A stretch of 63,541 nucleotides of DNA, filler included, from Globobulimina sp. (lineage: Eukaryota): NCBI GenBank assembly GCA_003354225.1. It is 8 parts of 8 records of this genome, joined end to end, with 100 filler letters (N's around TTAATTAATTAA, not from the genome) between each part and the next. Parts side by side here need not be neighbours in the genome. Positions count along the whole stretch, not along the records: positions 16,000 to 23,860 come from PIVH01000113.1; positions 23,961 to 31,821 come from PIVH01000114.1; positions 31,922 to 39,773 come from PIVH01000115.1; 5 more parts are not named here. One strand, written 5' to 3'. The notes under the pieces are model-generated. The model saw nothing but the letters and a program-made list of their open reading frames with translations. It was not told the origin of the DNA and did no database searches. This document shows, piece after piece, positions 23,231 to 34,235 of the stretch. How positions within the stretch are numbered: position 1 is the first letter of the stretch; the number at the start of each line of letters is the position of its first letter. The position numbers and the translations under genes were made by a program.

Positions 23231-23749
23231 TCATGCCAAATCTTGCACTTTTTGCTCTAAAATTTGCATTGATTTTCGTAAAATCATTCTTATGGATTGA
23301 TAAACTATATTCACTTCCGAGTGTTTCAACTCATTTTCAGCAATTAACATCTCATTTTTATACCCACTCCATAATATATTTAAACTTGCCTGCAAACTGC
23401 GCAACACATTCAATTCGATAATCTTTAATTTATTTATTTGATCCGCCACAATAAGTTGTTTCATTGAATTTAAATTCTTATTTTTATTACTTTGATTTTT
23501 TAATATCACTCTGTCCATAAACGCAATCTGTTGCACTGATAATTGATTCAATTGTTCATCACTTAAAGCTTTTATCCTATTCGCACTTAATAGTACCTGC
23601 GGACACGCATCGCTTAGAGTTAATGCAATGGCCAATGAATATTTCTCCTTTCTTCTTATAAATGATGATATGCCCATTTTATTTAATAGCTGTAACTCGC
23701 GAGATAATCTCTGTATTTTTATGTATATATAATCATTAATCAACAACAA
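23231..23749 (-). CDS. Hypothetical protein, probably 5'-truncated at the contig end
   Basis: 172-aa ORF; no recognisable motif. Confidence 0.4.
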   Translation of the reverse strand: MLLINDYIYIKIQRLSRELQLLNKMGISSFIRRKEKYSLAIALTLSDACPQVLLSANRIKALSDEQLNQLSVQQIAFMDRVILKNQSNKNKNLNSMKQLIVADQINKLKIIELNVLRSLQASLNILWSGYKNEMLIAENELKHSEVNIVYQSIRMILRKSMQILEQKVQDLA

Positions 23750-24212
23750 ATTTAATATAATTTATATAATTAACTTTTTCATCCTCATCATCAAATGTTA
23801 CATTAACAATGACTCGGTCATAGGGATTAAATGGCACTGCAAAACCAAAATTTTGGAGCANNNNNNNNNNNNNNNNNNNNNNNNNNNNNNNNNNNNNNNN
23901 NNNNTTAATTAATTAANNNNNNNNNNNNNNNNNNNNNNNNNNNNNNNNNNNNNNNNNNNNCAAACGGGGAGAAATAAAATCTATTCAATTTAATTTAAAT
24001 TAATGGTAAACAAATAGAATACCAATCAATAACAATTAATTTATGGTACAATAATCCATAAATAATTAATAAAACCCCCCGTTACCCGTAGGTTTGTATT
24101 TTTATTTTAAAAACCTGTGGCCGTTAAAGGAATTTTGAAATGAGCGTAGTGGATAAAAATGCTATTTAATAATTTAAATTAATTAATTTAATTTGTTGTA
24201 TACCGCTCCATA

Positions 24213-25415
24213 TTACCAGTTTTTATAATTTATTTTTGTGGCCCAAGGATCATACACTTGGCCAACAATTTTATTTGCATCATTAACAGAATTTAAATGT
24301 GGATGAAGCAATTCACAAACAAATATAATAAAATGCTTATCTTTGTATCGCATATATCTATAAGATACATGTGGTAAATTTGCCGGTTTCCATCCTACAT
24401 ATTTTAAGATTTTAGGATGCGGAATGCGGTTATTATTGGCCAAAGAGGCTCCGCCAATTCTAAATGAGTATGATGTATATCTTTTTGCTTCTGATAATTT
24501 ATTTAATTTAGTTATTTCTTTTGGTATAGCTGCAAATAATTTGGTTGTCATATTGACATTATTAGTGAACCTAAAAACGTTTGAATTTGGCGTTAAATCA
24601 AAATGAGGATTATTTGCAGCATATATCTTTTGACGAATTAAAAATACTTTAAGTAATAAATATGGATTGAAATAATTACATGGACATATTTTGGTAGTGC
24701 CTGGAATATATTTATGGTAACACCTGGAATCACCAACGATTACTTTTTTTATTACTTTTTTATGTTTTTGATTTTTGTAAGATAAGATAAATAAAACAAA
24801 GTGGTTTTTCTTCTTCTCTTTTGGGTGTCTAACATGCAAAATATGTTTTAACTTAAGTCCGAATTTGGTTTTGCCGGTGGAACATACGATAAACTCACAC
24901 GGTCTTACCATTGTAGCAAAGTATAATTGCGCCAAAGTTACTTTCATTAAATTATTTAAATTTATCGTATTAAGATGTTTTCCATATGCTTTATAATAAT
25001 GTGTATATTTAATTATATCTTTTAATTCATATGGCAGTCTGCTGTCTGACTCTGTACCATATTCTTTTTTCAAACCTGATTTAAATTTACTAAAATCTCT
25101 ATTTTGCGTCCAATTTATAGGGCTATTTTTTAAATCGCATAACCAAATTAATGTCGATTGCCACATATCAATTGATGCTACACTTCCTAATTGGAGTGTT
25201 CTTTCAGAAAACCAATATGTTGCTAATAAAGGATCCAATGGCATTTCCAATGGGTCTTCATCAATTAATACACAATATTTTGCCCAATTTCTTAAATTTG
25301 ATACATAGTGTGTTTTGGTTAAAATACATTTATCAATTTTTCTAATTTTTACAATATGATTTGTATTTTTTGGATCTTTTGGTGCGATCCTATTATTTGA
25401 TAATCTAACTCGCAT
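24213..25415 (-). CDS. Tyrosine recombinase of the retroelement
   Basis: LYFATMVRPCEF (catalytic Arg), SYKN (Lys), RYTSYSFRIGGASLA, KYVGWK...SYRYMR (Tyr nucleophile). Confidence 0.9.
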   Translation of the reverse strand: MRVRLSNNRIAPKDPKNTNHIVKIRKIDKCILTKTHYVSNLRNWAKYCVLIDEDPLEMPLDPLLATYWFSERTLQLGSVASIDMWQSTLIWLCDLKNSPINWTQNRDFSKFKSGLKKEYGTESDSRLPYELKDIIKYTHYYKAYGKHLNTINLNNLMKVTLAQLYFATMVRPCEFIVCSTGKTKFGLKLKHILHVRHPKEKKKNHFVLFILSYKNQKHKKVIKKVIVGDSRCYHKYIPGTTKICPCNYFNPYLLLKVFLIRQKIYAANNPHFDLTPNSNVFRFTNNVNMTTKLFAAIPKEITKLNKLSEAKRYTSYSFRIGGASLANNNRIPHPKILKYVGWKPANLPHVSYRYMRYKDKHFIIFVCELLHPHLNSVNDANKIVGQVYDPWATKINYKNW

Positions 25416-26152
25416 AAATTCTAATATTGATAATATATATTTGTAAAAATTACATTTTTAAAACAAAAGTGATTGGTTGAAAATAACAAACAAATATAAC
25501 ATAATACAATAACGCCTTATGCGATTAGTAAATGACAATAATATATTGTAAAACTAAAGGCTTTTTAGGTTTCGTTAGAGTGTAACAGTTTTTTTTTCAA
25601 AATTAAAGATAAAAAACAACTTAGTCAGTTTCTTCAATAAAGAAGGGAAACTTGACAAAGCTGAAAGAGACGGGGCACATAAACCCTTTGTTAACATAAA
25701 TCGATCATCAACTATTATTTGAATGAGATGATTTTTAGAAGATTGCAATTAAATAGATACTATTTATATGCTTAGTGATAGATTTATAAATAAATGGACA
25801 TTTTAAACAATTTAAATGGCAAAGAACTATTTAAACAAATTTATAAACACATTTTACTGAAGATTTAAGAATTATAAATAACATAAAATTGAGTAACATT
25901 TTAGGGAATGTTGACACAATAAAATGGAATAAATGACTCAAATTAAACATTTTTTAATGATCAATAATAAGAATCAACTCAAATAAGACATAATTATGTG
26001 AATTTCACGTTAATTAAACATTAAATTCCGCGACAAAAAGACTATTTTAAATGATAAACAATGATTAAAATGATCAAATTATTGATAATAATGATTGTTT
26101 TTAAATGAATTTTATATTAATTATATACCAAAAACATTAAAATTGTATACTC

Positions 26153-27994
26153 TCATACATGCATATAATATTTATACGGAGAATTTGCACGAATATTTAA
26201 TGGTTTTTTAAGCCAATTAATGAAATTTTTGTATTCAATCATGTCATTTTTATAATGCATTGCTTTATTTTTCAGAAATTGATAACGACCAAAATATTCA
26301 GGTCTAATTTCATTTAATTTTAAATTAAATGTCTTACATAATTTATTAAAATCATTCATATCAAAACGTGATAATCTGTCTGCTAAATAATTAAATGACG
26401 AAGGAATCCATTCAAATCTTATAAATATTTTATATTTAATCATTAATAAACACATTTCAAATACAAAAATCATTAAATTATACGAAGGAGCCCATTTACG
26501 TACCATTGTGTAATAACACGTTGAATTATCAATATATAATTGTAAGGATTTACCTGTTAACAAATGTTTATGTGTCTCGATTAATGTTAATACGCAATGG
26601 GCTTCTTTCTGATTTATGGATAATTTCATATCATTGCTGTTAAATTTATATTTCGCGAATACTGAATCTACGACGTATCCAGCTCCATAATCACATGCAT
26701 CTGTCGCAGCGTATACATTTATTGATGGATTATTTAAAATTGTATACATTGACACAATTTTTATATTATCAATATATTTTAACCAGAAACGTAAATCATT
26801 TATGACTGAAATTGGCAGAATTATCCACCACGATTTTTTAAGACGACCATTTCTTACATTTTTATGAATGTACGCCAAAGAACGATATGCCAATGCTTTT
26901 GTGGCACGATTTAATTGACTCCAATGCATAATTTTTCCTGTTAAGGACTCAAGAGCTCGACCAGTGGCTATTCGATATTTTATCACCAATTTTATGAAAT
27001 ATTTTAACTCTTTCAAGGCCTTTTGAGGTATGGCCAATGTCTTATTCTCTAAATTCCAATAAATTCCATGTAACTGTGCTTTTGTAACACAATCAATGGA
27101 TTTATGCTTTGATACTTTAACTTTTAATTCATCCAATAAATCATCGAATAATTTTGTTAATAAAAAACACTCAGATTTCGACTTTGCTGCAATTACAAAA
27201 TCGTCAATATGTACTAACACGCAATTAATTAAATGCTGCTGTTTTTCGTTTAAAATGCAATTATTTAATATCCAGATCAAAATAGTTGAAAAATATTGGG
27301 AATTTCCAGGGGCTGAAGAAACACCATATGGTTGACTCCGATCCCTAAATCGAAGACAAAATATGGAGTAACCAACAAAATCAGCATCGTTTTCAGGTAA
27401 TTTAATCTGTCTAAAAAAGTCAGATAAATCTCTTAACGAAATATATCTATGATTTATAAGCAATTTTGTGTAGGTTTTCAAATTTGGCAAATCACGCATT
27501 CCACATTTTTCCTTTCGAATATACTCATTTATGGAGGCTTTGCCGCTACATTTATACGAACCATTTCTTATGACTCTAATTTTTGTATATAATCCAAATT
27601 GATCTTTTTTAGGAATGCCGAAGATCATTAATACATATTTTGGATTATAATTTATTGGCTCTATCTGACCATTTTTACATTCTTCCGTCAATTTGTCAAT
27701 ATAAGCAGTGACATCTTCGACAGAATTGACCAAATTATGAACTTGTGTTGAAAGGTCAGAGGGCTCCCACCCTTTATTGTGGAAGGTTTTCCATAAAGGA
27801 AAGCCATTTTCGATAAAATGGATTTCCAAATTTCCATTTTTTTTTGTTTTTAAGTATTTTTTAAACGCTTTTATATTGAATTTTTTCTGTTTTTTAAAGC
27901 CTTCAGAATGTAATTTTTGTAATATTTTTACTTTTGAGGCAATTACAGTGTCGATTTCTATATTTAAAATGTACTGAAAAGTAAGAATGTGCAT
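26153..27994 (-). CDS. Reverse transcriptase-RNase H of the retroelement
   Basis: RDLSDFFRQI, QPYGVSSAP, VHIDDF, LESLTGKI, DLRFW; RNase H motifs ATDAC, INQKE, IDNST, WIPSSFNYLADRLSR. Confidence 0.93.
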   Translation of the reverse strand: MHILTFQYILNIEIDTVIASKVKILQKLHSEGFKKQKKFNIKAFKKYLKTKKNGNLEIHFIENGFPLWKTFHNKGWEPSDLSTQVHNLVNSVEDVTAYIDKLTEECKNGQIEPINYNPKYVLMIFGIPKKDQFGLYTKIRVIRNGSYKCSGKASINEYIRKEKCGMRDLPNLKTYTKLLINHRYISLRDLSDFFRQIKLPENDADFVGYSIFCLRFRDRSQPYGVSSAPGNSQYFSTILIWILNNCILNEKQQHLINCVLVHIDDFVIAAKSKSECFLLTKLFDDLLDELKVKVSKHKSIDCVTKAQLHGIYWNLENKTLAIPQKALKELKYFIKLVIKYRIATGRALESLTGKIMHWSQLNRATKALAYRSLAYIHKNVRNGRLKKSWWIILPISVINDLRFWLKYIDNIKIVSMYTILNNPSINVYAATDACDYGAGYVVDSVFAKYKFNSNDMKLSINQKEAHCVLTLIETHKHLLTGKSLQLYIDNSTCYYTMVRKWAPSYNLMIFVFEMCLLMIKYKIFIRFEWIPSSFNYLADRLSRFDMNDFNKLCKTFNLKLNEIRPEYFGRYQFLKNKAMHYKNDMIEYKNFINWLKKPLNIRANSPYKYYMHV

Positions 27995-28329
27995 TAAATT
28001 TAAATAAAAACAACATTAAAAGCAACATAATATGATACATATTATGTACACAATATTTAGATTACACGTAAACGAATACGGTATTTAAAAGGTAAAAATT
28101 TAAAGAAAGAATATTAAAAATGCAATTTTAGTACGAATACATGGCATTACTTAGCCTTTTTTAATCAAATTCAAATATATTTATTAATCCAAATCAATTT
28201 TATACATTAATATAAATATTAATATTAACGGAATGAAGAATCAATTGATTGACAATAACATTTAATAAAATGAGCAGAAATGATAAGGTATTAATAAATA
28301 ATCAGTGAATACTCATAATAATAATACAG

Positions 28330-29390
28330 TCATTTTAAATCGCAATTTATTAGCGGATGGTCTTTATCTGGATGTAAAACACAAGTATGCTCTTTGGCAC
28401 ATTCCTTTTTTGCCGCTTTTTTGCAATAATTATATGCATTGAAAAAAGAGCAATGTTTTCCACTCACTTCGAACTGTACTCCTTTTTTCTTACATATATC
28501 AATACATATTTTATTTGCATGATACAGTGATTTGTTTCTATCTTTATTTGGCGGTCTGCGATTTTGTCTGTTATATGATGGATAAATTTGTTTTTGTTGT
28601 TGTGGATTGTTCCAATTTTGGTGATAATTTTGATTATTTGCATAATTAAAATTTGTGTTATTAGGATGTTGGGGATAATTATTCTGATTATTATGATTTG
28701 TATTTGTTGGGAAATTTGTTGGCGTAGCTGTTGGTTTTTGCGTTGGTTTGGATAATTTATGGAATTCCTCTGAATCAAAACTGTTAAATTGCGATGATAA
28801 CAGTGAACATAACGAAGTATTTGAATACAAGCTAGATTTTGCTTGCATGAAATTTGAAGAAAATACAACAAAATAAGAATGATTTATTGATATCGCGTGT
28901 TTAAATCCTGAATTCATCCAAATATACATCGATGATGATGATATTTTTGGATTTTTAATTTGAATCAATATTAATTCGGCACATTTATTTAAATCAAATG
29001 ATTTATACGCACAAAAAGTGCGTATTGTACGATGTAATAATGACTCTTTTCTATTTTTAGGTATTATGGTATTTAAATTATCCGTTATCTGTTTAATAAA
29101 ATGAATTATAAATTTAATGATATTAAATGCATTCCATTTATTTTTAAATAATGATTTTAATTCTAACGTTGCTGATTTATGATCGATATTTTTAATGTCC
29201 GGATTCAAATATTTCATTATTTTATAAGCTAAGTCATAAAATGTGAATGTATCATATACGAAGCCACAAATAAATAAAATCAATTCAATTTTTATGGAAG
29301 TTTTATCTGATTTCGATATTATTTGATGTAACTTACTCGAATTTGATGGAGAAAGTATTTTTATTAATTTTGATAAATTGAAATTTGAAT
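28330..29390 (-). CDS. Gag-like region with C-terminal Cys/His zinc finger; predicted second exon spliced to ORF1
   Basis: Frame open from 29400 with no early ATG; C-terminal CSFFN...C...C..EHTCVLH...HPLINC resembles Ngaro-type gag fingers. Confidence 0.7.
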
Positions 29391-29703
29391 CTAAACATTT
29401 TTAACAGCAAATATTGGTTTTTATACAGACACCAAATATTTTTAGATTAAAAAACCGCATTGGTATTAATCTTAAAAACTTTTTTAAAATGAACCAGCAG
29501 AATAACCCATTACCACATTGGCGGATGTTATAAATATGGCATGTTGTTTGAATGTATAATGTTATAAAAAAGTATACAAACAAACAAAACAATCAATCGT
29601 AAGAAGTGGGGTCCGCCCACAGACTCAGCGCCAGAAAGTAAAGTGAGTAATGTACAAAATTTGTAACATAGAATAGAAACAAAGTATGTACACAACAAAA
29701 TAC

Positions 29704-31573
29704 CTTCTAATTCTCTTACAATATCTTCACCTGTTTTTCTCTTTCCTTGTTCGTCGAACGTTTCATTTATTAAAGTATTTAACATTTGAATATTTTTATT
29801 TTTCTCTTTTTTTAGGGCCAAATCGATCATACACAGAATTGGATCCTGCTTTTTTTCTTTATCGACACCGAAACCAATGATATTATTTGTATTAACATAT
29901 TGAATACATTCGAGAGTATTTGGATCGTCGTTATCGTAATCAAAACGTGGTTTGTTTGAATACTGCTTCTTATCTTCAATTTTTTTATTTGATTTGAATT
30001 TATCATTAATCTCTTTTGTCATATCTTGTCTCAAAACTTGTAAATCATCGATGGTCACTGGCTGCGCTCCTTTATGGTTATGGTTGCGCTTAAATTGACG
30101 ACCTTTATTATCATAATTGTCTGGTTGATGAGCAGCTGGTTCATCTAAGAAAGTGATTGTACGCCTTTTCTTTTTTGGTGGCGAGTCAGCGTAAATGGAG
30201 GAAATATTACGTTTATTACTTAAATCTGGCGACAAATCTGACATTAAATCTGGCGATAAATTATCAACGAGTTTCGATGGAATTATTCTATTTAAGAGCG
30301 ATGTTCTGTATTTTCTTAAATTGATAACATTTTCATGATTATCAATGATTTTTGCCTGAAATAAATTCTTTTTTATAGTGATTCGCATATCTTTGTAAAT
30401 ATTATCAAACATTTTTGGAGGTATTGCTGCGAATGCAATGATATAAGATTTGATTGGATTATTTGGGGGAGTTTCAATTGAAAAATTGAACATTATTATA
30501 TTTGCTATTATTGCTGATATGACGCTGGATCGTTTTACTTCGGAATGATACGCTTGAACTGTATCTAAATTATATTTTTCATATTTTAATGCATTAACAA
30601 AGTTATCAAAGTTTGTATTATGTGATTTATTGTTATCAAATTTATGGATGTTCATCATATTAATTATATTTGACGATTGTTGGGAGATATTATCTAAGTC
30701 CATTTGTTGCGGCAATTGTTGAACGTCTGGCGAATTAGAATTTGATTTGGGGACTAATTTAAAATCATTCTTAACTGGTTTTGGTTTCTTAACTGGTTTT
30801 GGTTTGATAATATTATCATTTTTTAACATATGCGAAAATGTCTGAGAATACGATGGGGATAAATTTGAAGGCAATGAATAAGACATGCCATTGTATAAAT
30901 TATCTAAATTATCAACTTCAACAAAGTATTCGCTATCTGAGATTTGAAGATTGTTTACATTTTTATTCGAATTACTATCACCCCCTTTATCTATAAAGGT
31001 TAACCAATCATATTTTCGTACGTGTTTATATGCTTTATATTGATTTGATTCTTTATATTTATCAAATTTATCTTGTTTAAACTCCGAACAGCATAAATAT
31101 ACTAAATCGGAAATACAACGCACTGTCATGGCTTCATTTGATATGGCTCTTTTTGTAGTGATTAAAGCGAATAATTTTAAAGAATCGATTGGAGTGCGGG
31201 CTGAAGTGGCTAGAAAATAAATAAAATTATTCTCCATTTGCGCATAATTTAATAACAGGGCAATTTCATATTTGTTAAAATATAACTCCGGTTTGGACGA
31301 CTCGGAATTTTTCAAATTATTTTTGGCGAAGTTAATACGCCAATTCTTTTGACTTAATGTTGCAATTTCTGTTGGATTTACTATGGTAATATAATTTTCA
31401 ATATTTATGTCACCATATTTAAAGGAAGATTGTTTTTCCTCTTTATCTTGTTTTTCTTCTTTTTTATTCTCTTCGGATTTAGGATTATTTTTATTTTCAT
31501 TATGTGTATTATTCCTGCTTTTTACTTTTAATTTTTGTTTTTTAGAAGCAACTTGATTTGAATCATCTTCCAT
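29704..31573 (-). CDS. ORF1 / shared 5' exon of the retroelement (623 codons plus 1 nt); the unspliced frame runs on to 29528
   Basis: ATG at 31573 (MEDDSNQ); Asn/Lys-rich; donor GAAG|GTATTT at 29703, after which the composition becomes intron-like. Confidence 0.65.
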
Positions 31574-31921
31574 ATTGCTATTTGATTGGAAGCGACTTAG
31601 GTTATGCTGTTTAGGCAAGCTTGTGATATTTGCGTTTTTTGTTTGTTAATATAACGTTTAGTTTTGTGTTGTTTCTTTTTTGCAGAGTCTAGGCGTTAGG
31701 CGAGGGTTAGCAAAAAAGTTTTGTTGTTTTTTATAAAGATACTTAAAAAACACACACTTGCACACTTTGACACAACTCAAAATAAACAGATCATCTGCAT
31801 TACATTTGATGATATGATGTANNNNNNNNNNNNNNNNNNNNNNNNNNNNNNNNNNNNNNNNNNNNTTAATTAATTAANNNNNNNNNNNNNNNNNNNNNNN
31901 NNNNNNNNNNNNNNNNNNNNN

Positions 31922-33898
31922 ATTCTAGTTTCAGTGTGATTGATATCGAATGTAATGACCAATATGCATGTTATGCTTCTGACTGGAAATATATCACTGT
32001 GTCAAATATGACTGTCAGATGCAATGTTGACAGCAGTTAAACGTTTCCATACAATCAGTACATATATTTGATGTATAAATACAGAATATATATATATAGA
32101 TTCCTGTCGTCATCTCGAGGTCATGGCCACTATTAATACTTTATTGACAATCACCGCACCCAATGCACAAGCCCTCTATGATAGCAGTCTTTGGGTATCC
32201 TGCAGTTCAGGTTGTATGAACACACTCAATTGTATGGAAAATGTAACCTTCAGCTGTGGATCAATGGTCCCAGTCATACCTAATGATCAATGCAGAAATT
32301 GTATTTGTAATGTACCACAAAATCAAATCCAATACACACAATTTATTACCAATCAGGGATGGGATTACTGTGCGCCGACAGCATTTCCAACTGTTAACCC
32401 AACGAATCCAACCACAGAACCAACAAATGATCCAACAAATGATCCAACATTCAGTCCTTCTGTAGCTCCATCTGATTATCCATCCCTACCACCTACTACA
32501 GCACCATCAAATATTCCCAGCAGTGCACCAACAACATCGCCAAGTACTGCGCCAACAGTTAGTCCAACATACATTAAAGGGTTTGAGTATGGTTTTTGTT
32601 TGGATTTACAGAATCATACAAAAGTATTGCATCAAACGGAGCAATTCCAATGCATTAATTATTGCAAATCAAATGAAGAATGTAGAATGATTAATCATTT
32701 TCAATATCTCAAAACAACAAATGATTCAAGATGCTACATATTTGGTACAATGTGCAAATTATCATATAACGCAATTAATAGTCCGTCATCAACTGTGTGG
32801 TTCAAAGAAATATTAAATAAACAAGAAGATATATGTAATAATTATCCATTGTATTGGAAAGATATTGTTGGTGATACATGTGAGCAATATCAACAATTCC
32901 GATGGTGTAAAAATAAAGCTATCCTATCTCCACATAATATTAATGATGTACAATTATTGAAAGATGGCGTTTATGATTTAAATGCAGCCGATGTTTGTTG
33001 TGATTGTTCAAAGTATGGTGGTGTGTATACAATAAATAATAATACAAATTTTGTGTATAAAAATCATGAATTTAATGATAATATATTATGTGATTGGAAA
33101 CACGGAAAATATAATCATACACAATGGCAAACATGGGATAATTTAATATTATATGAATGGTGTCTTGATGTTGAAACAAGGTTTAATTTAACTGCAGATA
33201 ATGATTTTTCATGCAATTATTTAATTGATTATGATGATGAATATGATTTGGATAATATGAATCAAGTAAATATTAATTTATGTGATTGGAATAATAATTC
33301 AAATATTTATAATAATACATATTATTTTATGTTATTATGGACATTAAATAAAGAAAGAAATATTTTGTCAACTTATATTAATGCGCAATGGTTTGAAATT
33401 AATTTGGATTTATTTTCATTACAAATAAGTACTGAGGCAATTATATCATTTGAAGAGTGTGAAAAACAAATATATTTTAATAATAATAATAGTATTTATG
33501 GCATTTATCCATGTTCAGTTACTTCAGTATTGGATACAACAATGAATCCGACATATTATCCATCCATTAACCCATCGATATTTCCAAGTATTATACCTAC
33601 AAATTTACTAACAATACAACCTACATTTTATAATCGTTACCACGCAAAAGATGAAAATGTTAATACATTATTAATTATATTACTTTGTGTCTTTGGTATT
33701 GTTATCATCATTTTATTTATTGTTATAATAATACAAAAGAAGAGAATGAATAAAAAAGAGATTGATAATAAAATGGAAATGGAAATGCAAAAACGAAAAC
33801 GAAAATATATGCCTGTTGCAAATGAGCAAAAAGACGAAGAAGAACATAATGAAACGGATGATCAACAAACCATGGCCAGTTGGCCACTAAAGCATTAA
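31922..33898 (+). CDS. Cys-rich type I cell-surface protein with PT/PS repeats and a PAN/apple-like domain (5' truncated)
   Basis: PTNPTTEPTNDPTNDPT repeats, QCINYCKSNEECRMI...RCY, C-terminal transmembrane helix and basic tail. Confidence 0.7.
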
Positions 33899-34235
33899 TA
33901 TAAAGTATTAATTTAGTCTTTCTTTTTTCTGGGGAGGGGGAGGGTGTTTGTGTTTGTGTTAGTTTGCTACTAAGTTTACGTTTTTCTTGTTATTAAAAAG
34001 ATCTCAGTTTACGTTTGTTGGAACGCAGCATTGAAGATAAAATACAGTGCTCGTTGGGATGCATTGAGTTGGCGCGTTAAAATGCAGACGGACCTAGCCG
34101 TAGAAAAAAAAGTAGATATTAAAAAAGTAGATATTAATTAAACAATCTGAAAAATTTCTATACGTTTGATAAATTCAACAAAGTTACGTCGATTGTATTC
34201 TGTTGATTGATCATTCTCCAATTTACATCTAACCA

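Larger units (their letters stand above)
23961..31821 (-). mobile_element. Tyrosine-recombinase retrotransposon (DIRS order, Ngaro-like); termini not resolved
   Basis: Co-oriented ORF1, gag-like zinc finger, RT-RNase H and tyrosine recombinase fill the whole contig. Confidence 0.9.

Noticed and set aside
24213-27994. Prokaryotic retron, DGR or phage-integrase interpretation of RT plus recombinase
   Set aside because: The RT is fused to a DIRS-type RNase H and accompanied by a gag-like zinc finger in a eukaryotic context; no template/variable repeat pair was seen
29615-29633. TGGCGCTGAG... on the minus strand as a tRNA primer-binding site
   Set aside because: Only the first few bases resemble a tRNA 3' complement, and YR elements are not known to use tRNA priming
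23961-31821. Terminal inverted or split direct repeats of the YR element
   Set aside because: No match between the contig ends was found by eye; the termini probably lie outside the contig, so subgroup assignment rests on protein motifs only
32380-32570. Short tandem repeats resembling an array
   Set aside because: Coding PT/PS mucin-like repeats, not a CRISPR array
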